Below are positions 29,287 to 39,600 of a DNA stretch of 64,000 nt, in pieces; the first letter of the stretch is position 1, and every line of letters starts with the position of its first letter. The DNA is taken from the sequence record NZ_CP021276.1, one strand, 5' to 3'. The notes under the pieces were generated by a model. That model had not been told where the DNA came from. It saw nothing but the letters and a program-made list of their open reading frames with translations, and ran no database searches. This DNA is from a plasmid. A program made the translations under genes and the position numbers.

Positions 29287-29777
29287 TTGTTCGCATCATT
29301 TTTTTACTGCTTTTTTCTGTAATTAGTCCTTTGCACGCCAATGTGGCAGTTGAAGAACTCAATGCACTGTTATTGAAAAAGCAAGCCCCTAAAGCTTTTG
29401 CACAAAAGGAATCAGCTGAAGCTAAAGATTTATCCAAAAATTATTATTTTGCATTTATTTATCGAAGCACCTGCCCACATTGTAAAAAATTCTCCCCTGT
29501 ATTAAAGGATTTTTCAGAAACATTCCATATTAAGGTTCGTGCTTTTAGCCTGGATGGAGAATCCCTGGATGGACTCGATACCACACCATTAACCCCTGAA
29601 CTTTTTCAAACGTTCTATGTATCAGGAGGGTATAAGCCTACGGTTCCCGCCTTGTTTTTAGTCAATCGACATACCCTGGAAGCCTACGCTGTCTTGTTTG
29701 GAGAAGCAACTCCTTATCAGCTGGCACAAAGAGTTCATGAATTAAAGCAACACATTGAGGAGAAATTTAATGATTAG
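29283..29777 (+). CDS. trbB: TrbB (DsbC-like thiol-disulfide isomerase)
   Basis: 164 aa. CPHC active site. Confidence 0.7.
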   Translation: MIVRIIFLLLFSVISPLHANVAVEELNALLLKKQAPKAFAQKESAEAKDLSKNYYFAFIYRSTCPHCKKFSPVLKDFSETFHIKVRAFSLDGESLDGLDTTPLTPELFQTFYVSGGYKPTVPALFLVNRHTLEAYAVLFGEATPYQLAQRVHELKQHIEEKFND

Positions 29778-31152
29778 AGCTCTTGTGCTAGCCGTTGTTG
29801 CGTCTTTTACTTGCGTGGCAGGAAATGGTATTCATGCATCAGCCAGTGCCGATTTAAATCATTTTTTTAATAATCTTGGTTATTCTGCGAATGTCACAGG
29901 TAGCCATTCCTATGAATCACAGGCAGCAGGATTTGCATCATTAGGCTCAGTCTATGCCAGAAATCAGGTGCGCTCCATTCAGATAGCTCACGTTGATGTA
30001 CCTGGTTTTCGCTCAGGATGTGGCGGAATTGATATTTTTGCAGGTGGTTTTTCCTTTATTAAATCAGAGCAGATAGTTTCATTTATGCAGAACATTTTAA
30101 GTAACGGGGCAGGCTATGCAATGAACCTGGCACTCGAGACCGAGCTGCCTGAAATTGCTCATGCCATGCAGTACATGCAAAAGCTGGCAAATGACATTAA
30201 TGGAACTAATTTTAATTCGTGTGAGATGGGAGAAAATCTGACTGCAGCGCTTTATCCCAAAAATAGAGCGGCACATCAGCGTTTGTGTGAGGACATCGGG
30301 CGTAACCGTAATGTATACACCGATTGGGCAGAAGCCCGACATAAATGTTCGACAGGAGGGGAGATTGAAAAGCGATTAGAACAGGCAAAAAACGATTCAG
30401 AATATAAAGACAGGGCTCTTTTGAATACCAACGTAGTTTGGGATGCATTACAACTGAATGAATTCATCAAATCAGATACAGAAATTTCAGAAGTCTATAT
30501 GTCAATTTCAGGAACGCTGGTATTTGATGCCAAAGGAGGGATGCAAACGTATCCCTCTTTAGCGACTAATCAGGATTTTGTAAAAGCCTTGCTTTATGGA
30601 GGCAAATTGCCCAGCTATAAATGTACTGATTCGAATAAGCCGATGAAATGTGTTGCCATCAATGTGAAAGGAAGCCAGGAGATTAGCAGTAAAGACGCTC
30701 TGGTATCTCAAGTACAGGCCATCCTGCAGGGAGTTTATGAGAATATCAAATCAGGGACAGCCTTAACGCCCCAACAAAAAGGGTTAATTGAACTCACCCA
30801 GCCGTCCGTATTTCAGCTTATTTCAGCCAGCGCACAGCAGAATATTGGCATACAAAGCAGTTATGAGCTTGCCCAGAGTGTAGCAACGGATTTGCTTGCC
30901 CAATATCTTGCAAACTCACTTGAAGTGATTCGAGCATCCCTTGCAGGGCGTGATATAGGAAATGCCCATGAAGAAAAACTATTTAAAAATCTGCAGGTTG
31001 CACAACAATTTGTAGATAATTTTAATAGCGAATCAAGAGCACGTTTTAATGCGGCACTGACCACCAATCAATTGGTTCAAAACAACGTGAAGCAGGCACT
31101 GAATGCCCTTAATCCCATCTTAAGACAATCCTATACCGGAGGCGCACAATGA
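29755..31152 (+). CDS. traH: TraH
   Basis: 465 aa, signal peptide, synteny. Confidence 0.8.
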   Translation: MRRNLMIRALVLAVVASFTCVAGNGIHASASADLNHFFNNLGYSANVTGSHSYESQAAGFASLGSVYARNQVRSIQIAHVDVPGFRSGCGGIDIFAGGFSFIKSEQIVSFMQNILSNGAGYAMNLALETELPEIAHAMQYMQKLANDINGTNFNSCEMGENLTAALYPKNRAAHQRLCEDIGRNRNVYTDWAEARHKCSTGGEIEKRLEQAKNDSEYKDRALLNTNVVWDALQLNEFIKSDTEISEVYMSISGTLVFDAKGGMQTYPSLATNQDFVKALLYGGKLPSYKCTDSNKPMKCVAINVKGSQEISSKDALVSQVQAILQGVYENIKSGTALTPQQKGLIELTQPSVFQLISASAQQNIGIQSSYELAQSVATDLLAQYLANSLEVIRASLAGRDIGNAHEEKLFKNLQVAQQFVDNFNSESRARFNAALTTNQLVQNNVKQALNALNPILRQSYTGGAQ

Positions 31153-34034
31153 GCCCATTATTAATCTATACCCCACAAAATGGGATTTATTTAAAAGAGC
31201 TGCTTGATGGTATGGCCACTTTGCTTACTGAATCTACCTTTAGTACGGCGTGTGACATTATCATGATTCTATCCGTTAGTATGGTCGGTTATCAGTTCGT
31301 GATGGGGAAAAAGCTCGAATCATTAACTCGCTTTATGCTGACCACCTTTTTAGTCATGTATTGCGTGCTGGGCATTAAAGTGCCTGTGGCTATTATTGAC
31401 ATGCAGACAGCCGAAGGAGCAGGAGAAGCCTTAACGGTTGATCATGTACCTCTAGGCGTTGCTTTACCTGCCTCATTGATTAGTGGCATGGGGTATGGAA
31501 TTACGACTGCCTTTAGTGATGTATTTCGCATGCCAGATAGCCTTGAGTACAACAAAACAGGAATGATTTTTGGTGCAAGGACTTGGCTTGCAGCAACTCA
31601 GACAAGGCTCTCCATGTCGCCTGATTTGGCACAAGACCTATCGTCCTATATCCGCCAATGCGTGTTTACGGCAAAACTTTTGGCAAGCCATCAATTAAGC
31701 CCTCAAGAGCTGACCCAAAGTGCTCATCTTTCTAAAACCTATTTTGAGGAGCCATCACCCATTTATCGGGTGATTCTGCACAATGGAGTCAATTTAAGTT
31801 GTGGTGATGCGGCAGCCAATTTGAAGACTCGACTGCCCATTGCAGCGAAATTGGAGTTGGAGCGTCTTAATCATCTGGTAACCACAGGCGCTTTAACATC
31901 ACGCAACACAGACAGCAGTTCGTTGCCTGGCGAAAAGACTTTTGGTGACAGGTTGGAGGCCGCTCATAAATATTACATGAATATTACCGAAGATGCTGCC
32001 GAAACACTCACCCAAAATATCTTAATTAATGCGACCCGAGATGCCGCAGCCGATGCTTTTGCTTTTTCAGGAGCTGATGCTGCACTCATGAATTACACCA
32101 ATACGGACAGCACCCAAAAAATGCACATCGCTGAAGCCAATAGCTTTTGGCTTGCAGGATTTCGCCTGCCTTACTATATGACCGTGATGTGGATGTTGAC
32201 GCTGTGTATCTTTCCATTAGTCGTTTTGATTTCATTTTTTCCGACCCTGAGTAACGCTTATTTCCTGTGGGTGCAATCTCAAATCTACCTTTGGTCATGG
32301 CCGCCGATGTTTATTATTTTTCATTGGTTTGTTTCAATGGCCTCAAGTACTACCATCACTTTGTTTGGTCAAAAAACAGGAGGAGTGACCTTCTCTAATA
32401 TCGATTCATTAGCCAGCATGCACAGTAATTTTGCCTATACGGCAGGTGCATTGGCTGCAAGTGTTCCAGTTATTGCCCTGTACATCACGAAAGGATTAGG
32501 ACAGATTTTAAGTACATCCTCCCAGCATTTTGGTGGTATGGCACAATCTTTGTCAGTCAGTGAAGCGCAATCTGCAGCTGCAGGTAACATCTCAATGGCA
32601 AGTTACAGCGGTTGGAATATGAACTATGAAAATACCAGCGCCAATAACGTTTCGGCTAACAAGCACGATACCAATTGGACTAACATGCATGGGATGCACA
32701 CGGAACAATTGGGAAGTGGTGTGCTTAAGACTACCACAAGCCATGGGGATGCTGTTTTTGACGTAAATCCTGGGATGTCACGAGGACCCGTACACATTTC
32801 AGATACAAAGGCCTTAAGCGGCTCTTTAAATCAGGCTTTTGAAGAATCCAGACAGGCTGCAGCCAATGAAAGTCAGCATTATCAAACGTCCTTGTCCAGT
32901 TTTGCGCACAGTGCCGTGCAGTTATCTAAAATGCAGGGTCATGATATGCGTTTGGGCGATGGAGTGTCTGAAAGTGAATCCGGTCAATACAGCCAGGCAT
33001 TATCGACCATGACGCATATTGCCTCGGATGTAGCTAAACGCGAAGGGATAAGCCAAGAGGATGCGCTGGCTCATATGACCGCTGCTGGATTAAATGTCCA
33101 CGCCGGAGTTGCAAGTGAAAAAAGCATACTGGGAAGCATTGGGCGGTTTGCTTTTGGAGCAACAGGAGGTGCTGATAGCCATGCTAAGTTCGATCGGTCA
33201 TCAACAAGTAGTGATCGTTACCATGAAGGGACGGACAGCAGCATGTCAGCGAAGGAAGCAGAAGACTTTAATCAGGCGCTTAATTACGTGAGTCAGTTTG
33301 CACAAAACCATCATTTTGATAACAGCCATTCGGAAGGGGCAAGCCTTTCGAATCAAATGGGTACCGATTTAAGGGAGGCGCAAACGGCAAGCCAAAACTA
33401 CGATGCCTCGATGTCTAAAGCCGCTCGCATTAGCACGGCCAAGAGTTATGTGGAATCAAACTCCGATCAGATTACCACCGATCTTAATCAGGCATTTCCT
33501 GGTTTTGTGGCACACCGCATTGGAGAGAAGGCACGAGATGAATTGTATTCCAATCCTTCAGATCTGGCCTCATTAAAACAATTACAAACGCTAGCTAATG
33601 AGTTTATCAGTGAACAACGAGAAGGTTTAATCGCACAATACGGCAATGCTTCTAAAAATGCTCGGATTGACTCCTTTTATCAGGATGCAGCAAATCCATT
33701 AAGTTCAAAAGAATCACAAATGAGAGCTGACTACCACAAAAACAGTAATGCATTGGAGGATTCTGGAAGGACTATGGGAGTTGGCATGGATGCATCAAGA
33801 GCCAAAAGTATGCAGCAAAAAATTAATAATCAGGTAGATGCGGCGGTAAATAAAACAAGCAGTGGAGGAGGGCGTTTAAAGAGTCAATACCAGAAAGCGG
33901 TTGAAACAACAAACAACGATGTAGGCGAAGGTAAAAAACTGGGGCAAACCAACGTGGCCATACCCGCCTATTTTACTAAATGGGTTGATCATCATGATAA
34001 ATCAGCCCCAAAGAAGGAGCTTATCCATGAGTAA
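31149..34034 (+). CDS. traG: TraG (F-type mating-pair stabilisation / entry-exclusion determinant; VirB6-like N-terminus)
   Basis: 961 aa, polytopic N-terminal half, large periplasmic C-terminal half. Confidence 0.85.
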   Translation: MSPLLIYTPQNGIYLKELLDGMATLLTESTFSTACDIIMILSVSMVGYQFVMGKKLESLTRFMLTTFLVMYCVLGIKVPVAIIDMQTAEGAGEALTVDHVPLGVALPASLISGMGYGITTAFSDVFRMPDSLEYNKTGMIFGARTWLAATQTRLSMSPDLAQDLSSYIRQCVFTAKLLASHQLSPQELTQSAHLSKTYFEEPSPIYRVILHNGVNLSCGDAAANLKTRLPIAAKLELERLNHLVTTGALTSRNTDSSSLPGEKTFGDRLEAAHKYYMNITEDAAETLTQNILINATRDAAADAFAFSGADAALMNYTNTDSTQKMHIAEANSFWLAGFRLPYYMTVMWMLTLCIFPLVVLISFFPTLSNAYFLWVQSQIYLWSWPPMFIIFHWFVSMASSTTITLFGQKTGGVTFSNIDSLASMHSNFAYTAGALAASVPVIALYITKGLGQILSTSSQHFGGMAQSLSVSEAQSAAAGNISMASYSGWNMNYENTSANNVSANKHDTNWTNMHGMHTEQLGSGVLKTTTSHGDAVFDVNPGMSRGPVHISDTKALSGSLNQAFEESRQAAANESQHYQTSLSSFAHSAVQLSKMQGHDMRLGDGVSESESGQYSQALSTMTHIASDVAKREGISQEDALAHMTAAGLNVHAGVASEKSILGSIGRFAFGATGGADSHAKFDRSSTSSDRYHEGTDSSMSAKEAEDFNQALNYVSQFAQNHHFDNSHSEGASLSNQMGTDLREAQTASQNYDASMSKAARISTAKSYVESNSDQITTDLNQAFPGFVAHRIGEKARDELYSNPSDLASLKQLQTLANEFISEQREGLIAQYGNASKNARIDSFYQDAANPLSSKESQMRADYHKNSNALEDSGRTMGVGMDASRAKSMQQKINNQVDAAVNKTSSGGGRLKSQYQKAVETTNNDVGEGKKLGQTNVAIPAYFTKWVDHHDKSAPKKELIHE

Positions 34035-34650
34035 TGAAGAAATGAATTCACAAGAATTAAAAGAGGCCATCGCCTTGGATATAGAAACATTAAAAACATT
34101 GGACGTGGATATTATGCCGGCCAAGGAGTATTACCAGGCGAACAGGCGTTTGTTTTTGCATGTTTTTTTTAAACTATATGGAACAATACTTCTAGGATTT
34201 TTACTTCCACTTCCTTTTTATTGGAAGGTGTTGATGGTGGAGACTTCAACACACGAGCTCATCTACATTTTTTTCTGGCTGCCATTAATGGCTTTAGGAC
34301 TATGCCTTTTTGTTTTTCTATTCATTTACAGCTCATTAAATCAATACATTTTGATTGACTATCAATTGAAACACAAACTAAGAACAGGCTCATTGATTGT
34401 AAAACAAATAAGGCGGGCTGGAACTATAGCTTATCGAATATTTGCAGGGCTTGTTTTGATTCCTTCACTGTTCTTGTTTCCCAGTGCAGCCTTCTTCATA
34501 TCCTTTGGCGCTTTTTTCATCAGCGGGATTTTATCGAGCATCCTTGTTGAAATGGAGCTCAACAGGATAGGAATCAGTGCTCTGTTTACTCTCATAAAGA
34601 ATTATTTTGATAAGGACAAAAATACCAGTGCGGCAATACCCTTAAAATAA
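34027..34650 (+). CDS. Polytopic inner-membrane protein, candidate TraS-like entry-exclusion protein
   Basis: ~207 aa, 4 TM. Overlaps the traG stop (ATGAGTAA). Positional analogy to F traS. Confidence 0.35.
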   Translation: MSNEEMNSQELKEAIALDIETLKTLDVDIMPAKEYYQANRRLFLHVFFKLYGTILLGFLLPLPFYWKVLMVETSTHELIYIFFWLPLMALGLCLFVFLFIYSSLNQYILIDYQLKHKLRTGSLIVKQIRRAGTIAYRIFAGLVLIPSLFLFPSAAFFISFGAFFISGILSSILVEMELNRIGISALFTLIKNYFDKDKNTSAAIPLK

Positions 34651-34739
34651 ACAAAACACATCAAAAAGAATAATTTTTAACCACAAATACAAGCAGTGGA
34701 AGCCGCTGCTTTGCCCAAAATAAGCAGGAGGAAGATAAA

Positions 34740-36593
34740 ATGAGCAATGAATCCAATTACAAACATTATACCCGGGGAGGTCAGATCTCATTCCATAATC
34801 TGCGGATGTGGTTTCAGATTAACAAAGCACTCTTTCATGTTTACTTATTCATTTGGGCAGGGTTAAGCATTGTATTGACCTGTATCTTTGCGCCACATGG
34901 AATGATAAGACAGACGGTGTCCTATCATGCGGCTCATTTTTATCACCTGGCAGGGGTGCCACATGTATTTTCTATCCCTGTTAAAGGGGGGTATGCATCA
35001 CAAACTGTCGAGCAGCTTCTCCACAATCACTATTTTTCTGCAACCTCAGATCGTTTACTGACCCTGCTGTTACAGTCAACTCTATGGAGTTTTCCCTTAT
35101 CGTTGATTGTGGCACTTTTGGTGAGCCGATATTTCATTTATCGAGGAAAGGTACAAACACAAAACCAATTTATACGAGGGGCGAGTTTAGTCCCATCAGA
35201 AACACTTAAAAAACAGATAATAAAGCAAAGAAAAGCATCTGATTTACATCTTGATGGATTCCCTCTTTTGCAAGGCTCAGAGGTACAGCATTTATTAGTA
35301 CATGGTACGGTCGGTATGGGAAAAAGTCAGTTCATCATGAAATTGATGGATTGTTTACGTGCGCGTGGCGACCGAGTCATTGTTTATGATAAGGGGTGCA
35401 CGTTTACTCAGGCGTATTTTCAGGAAGGTCATGATGTCTTACTCAATCCTTTTGATGCACGCTGCGCTAATTGGGATTTATGGCTGGAAGCCCCAAAAGA
35501 TGAATTACTGGAAAATATGGCAGAAAGTCTTATCCCTATGCATGGAGAAAACGATCCGTTTTGGGTTAATGCAGCACGTACCGTGTTTGCCTGTCTTGCA
35601 AGTCAAATGCGTGAGGATAAAGAACGTTCCTTATCCAAGCTGTTAGGGTTACTTGTAACTGGCGAGTTTAGCGAGTTGGAACCTTATCTCAGCGGTACAG
35701 CCGCAGCGACTTTGGTCAGTAATAAAATAGAAAAAACAGCCATCTCCATTCGCTCTGTCATTACAACCTACCTTAAATCAATGCAGTCGTTAAATGGGCT
35801 TGATGAGTCTGGGAAGCCTTCCTTTTCCATTCGTGATTATCTGTTAAATAAAGATTTGGAGGGCTGGCTTTTTATATCAAGCAATGGGGAACAACATAAA
35901 TCTTTAAAGCCGTTGATTTCGATGTGGATTGCCATGGCATCACTGACACTCTTAAGTTTGCCAGAAGACGCGAACAGGCGAATTTGGTTTATTTGTGATG
36001 AATTACCAAGCCTGCACAAATTACCCTTATTGGGTGAAACCATTGCTGAAGTCAGGAAATTTGGCGGCTGTTTTCTTCTAGGAATGCAGAGCTTTAGTCA
36101 ATTGGAGAAGGTATATGGGCGTAGTGGGGCAGCTGAAATTTTTGATTTGCTTAATACCCGAGCCTTTTTTGCAAGTCCAAGCCATGAAATGGCGCAACTT
36201 GTCAGTAAAGAGCTTGGGGATGAAGAAATTGATGACACCCGAGAAAATTACTCTTATGGAGCCAACTCCATTCGTGACGGTATTTCATTAGGAAAAAACC
36301 GTATAACACGCCCCTTAGTAACCTATCCTGAAATTATGGGACTTGATCCGCTTACCTGTTATCTGCGATTGCCTGGTCAATACCCTATTACAAAGCTGGA
36401 ACTTCATTATCAAAAAAGAAGTATAAAGGCCGCAGGTTTTTTACCTCGTGCCATACCGTCCCTTCCTCCGTGTGATGCAAATCTCAAAAAAGGTTCTGCT
36501 GTTAATGAGCCCACCAGCGGTCGTTTTGAGGTGCAAGCGCCAACCAACATCAAACGTATCGAATGCGAGTCCGATAGGGAATTCATTTTTTGA
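34740..36593 (+). CDS. traD: TraD type IV coupling protein (VirD4 family)
   Basis: 617 aa, N-terminal TMs. Walker A GTVGMGKS. Confidence 0.9.
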   Translation: MSNESNYKHYTRGGQISFHNLRMWFQINKALFHVYLFIWAGLSIVLTCIFAPHGMIRQTVSYHAAHFYHLAGVPHVFSIPVKGGYASQTVEQLLHNHYFSATSDRLLTLLLQSTLWSFPLSLIVALLVSRYFIYRGKVQTQNQFIRGASLVPSETLKKQIIKQRKASDLHLDGFPLLQGSEVQHLLVHGTVGMGKSQFIMKLMDCLRARGDRVIVYDKGCTFTQAYFQEGHDVLLNPFDARCANWDLWLEAPKDELLENMAESLIPMHGENDPFWVNAARTVFACLASQMREDKERSLSKLLGLLVTGEFSELEPYLSGTAAATLVSNKIEKTAISIRSVITTYLKSMQSLNGLDESGKPSFSIRDYLLNKDLEGWLFISSNGEQHKSLKPLISMWIAMASLTLLSLPEDANRRIWFICDELPSLHKLPLLGETIAEVRKFGGCFLLGMQSFSQLEKVYGRSGAAEIFDLLNTRAFFASPSHEMAQLVSKELGDEEIDDTRENYSYGANSIRDGISLGKNRITRPLVTYPEIMGLDPLTCYLRLPGQYPITKLELHYQKRSIKAAGFLPRAIPSLPPCDANLKKGSAVNEPTSGRFEVQAPTNIKRIECESDREFIF

Positions 36594-36607
36594 TAGGGGA
36601 ATAAATC

Positions 36608-39600
36608 ATGTTAAGTCTGCGAGTCAAACCAATTAAAAAGCCTGGTTATTATTTTGATCAGGAAAATTATTATTTTACGAACCAATTGGTTACCCAATGG
36701 GTTGGATTAAGTGCTGCACGTCAAAATCTTTCTGGAGAAGTTAACGTAAAAACCCTTGAGTCTCTTGTCAGTGGCGAATTACCAAGCGGTGATGTGATTA
36801 AAGGCTTGAAATTAACTACTGGTGAAATAAGCAAGCGAGGCGGCTATGATTTAACTTTTTCTGCCCCAAAATCCGTATCCTATCTTGGGCTGGTCTGTGA
36901 ACATAAAGAATTTATTGATTTGCACCTCAATGCGGTAAAGACAGTCTTAAAACTGATTGAAAAAGAGGCGGCACAAGCGCGCAAATCAGGAAAAGAAGGC
37001 ATGGAATATGAAAAAACGGGGAATCTTTGTTTTGCTGCCATTCTCCATGATACCTCCAGAGAGCTTGATCCTCAGCTTCATGTGCATGCATTGTTGATGA
37101 ATTTCACCGAGCGGCTGGATGGCAAATGGCGTGCTTTGGCTTCTGATATCAGTCGCAATAATGGCACCATGGAGTGGATTATGGATAATCAAATCTTTTT
37201 GGGTCTTGTGTACCGCTCTGAAATGGCTCTCGGTTTAAAAGAAATGGGGCTCGAAATAGAGCATACGGGTGATGCTCATGGTCTATTTGAAATCAAGCAT
37301 TTTGATAAGGCATTGTTGGAGCAAATCTCTAAGCGCCGTGCCCAGGTTGAAGAACATATTAAAGGGATGCACTCTAATTCATTAAAAGCGTATGACAGGG
37401 CGACTCTGGATTCAAGGAAATCAAAGGAAATGGTTTCTCCAGAGGAATTACGCACACGATGGAGCGCTGAAAGTGAAGCGTTGGGCGTTAATCCAGCCAC
37501 CTATCTTGCCACCTTAAAAGAAAAAACTAAAGAATCGCATACACCAAAAGAAACCATGTCCAATAATCAAGAACTCGATAGAAGTGTTCTTGACGCAATT
37601 GCGCATTTAGAAGAAAAAAAACTAACCTTTACCTATCAGGAAGTATTACAGACGAGCCTTTATTTTTCCTTAGGTGAGCAGGGCTTTGAAGCACTGATGG
37701 CACGGATTGATAAAGAAATTGATGCACAAAATCTGATTGCTCTTAATACAGAAAACTTCTCTTTTACAACGAGTACGCTCATTAACAAGGAACAAGAACT
37801 CATTAGAAAAATCGTGAACTTCACACCCCAAAAAAAAGGCATAGAACGCAATACGGATAAGGTTTGCAAACTCACTGATAATGAGTCCATTCAAAAAGCA
37901 GTAACTCAAGCCTTATTTTATAAAGAAGGGGTTGTGCGCATCAAACAGCAAAGTGCTACCTCGCGTGAGCTCTTAAGTACTTTAATTGATTATTCACAGG
38001 ATTCAAAAAAAATTCGTATTCTTTGTCCTTCTGCTTATTCTGCGCGGACGATGAATAAGGACATGACCCAATCAGCGCCTACCCTGTGGCAATGGATTTT
38101 ATCTATTGGAAAACAGGATTTGTGTGAAACAGTTGCGGGCTTTAATTATCGCCATCGTTCAGAGCATAAATTACCTTTTTTTAACAGTAAAAAGGAGCGC
38201 GAGGTGCTGATTGTGGATGAATCACAGCGTCTTACTCCTGACGAGATGAATATTTTATTATCTATTGCCGATAAGCGTAGTGCCAAAGTCATTTTGCTGG
38301 AAAAATCACAATCCCTTTCTGGTTTTAAATCCGATATTCCCGACTTGCTGAATAAAGCCAGCATAAAAACATTTGAGGTTGATGACAGGAAAGCGCCTGC
38401 CACCAACATCAATCTCATAGAAGAAAAAACGATTGAAGGGCGTATTCTAAAAACAGCACAAATGTACAGTAACTTACCGTTGAACCAGAGGCAGAATACA
38501 AAAGTATTAACTGTCTCAAAGCTCGAAGCGAAAGAGGTCAATGAAGCAATCCGTAAGCAGTTAAAAGAGCACGGGGAGATTTCAGTAGATGAAAAGAGCA
38601 TCAATACGTTAACCCCTATGTCCTTGACCTTAAGTGAAAAAAAAATGGCCAAAAGTTATCAGCCCGATTGGGTATTAATCCAGAACACCCGTACAGAATC
38701 AAAAAAATTCACGGTAATCGGTGTCAATGAAAAAGACAATCAATTGATTGTTCGGAATCATAACGGGGTAAGATCACAACTTGCTGCTAAAAATATTACA
38801 GATTCCACGCAGGTTTATGAACAAACACCATTATCAGTAGGTATAGGAGATCAATTAATTGCTACGGGCAGTTTATCCTTTGAAGGATTAAAAATCGGTA
38901 ACCAATATGAGGTCACTGCATTTACCCGCCATGGAATAAAAATAAAAGATGGAAAAAGAACTATTCATCTTATCACGAGTAACGAAAAGCATTTCCCATT
39001 GAGCCATGCCTATGCCAAAACCATTTATTCTGATGATTTTAAACCCGTGAAACAAACCATTATGACACTACCGGCCTATGCGCTCAAACAAAATACCATG
39101 TCGGTATTATGCGAATCGAGTAAAGAAGAATTAATGATTATTACGGATGATGTGGACAAGGCTAATCGGTTTGCAATGAAGACTGCAGCAAAATCCTCGG
39201 CGATATCGCTGACTTTGAATGCTGCCAAAACCAATCATGGTGCACAAATTATTGACCATAGAGCCACGACTGATCTGCTCACTTCACTGGAGCAGGCCTT
39301 AACTATTTTAACCTCGGAAAAACCTCAAAAAAGTGATGCAGAAAAAGCGCTGAACTTTGCAATAGCCCATCTTTCAGAACGAGAAGCAGCCTTTACTCGG
39401 TCAGATTTGCTTAAGGTTGCGCTCACTCAGGCTATAGGAAAAGCAGGACTTAACGAATTAAATAACGTCCTGGATAAGGTCATGACTAATGGGGATTTAA
39501 TATCAGGGGGGAACGAGATTTTGACCACCAAAGAAGCGGTGGCATTTGAAGAGTCGATTATCAAGAATGTTAAAGCAGGTATTAACACCATAAAGCCGCT

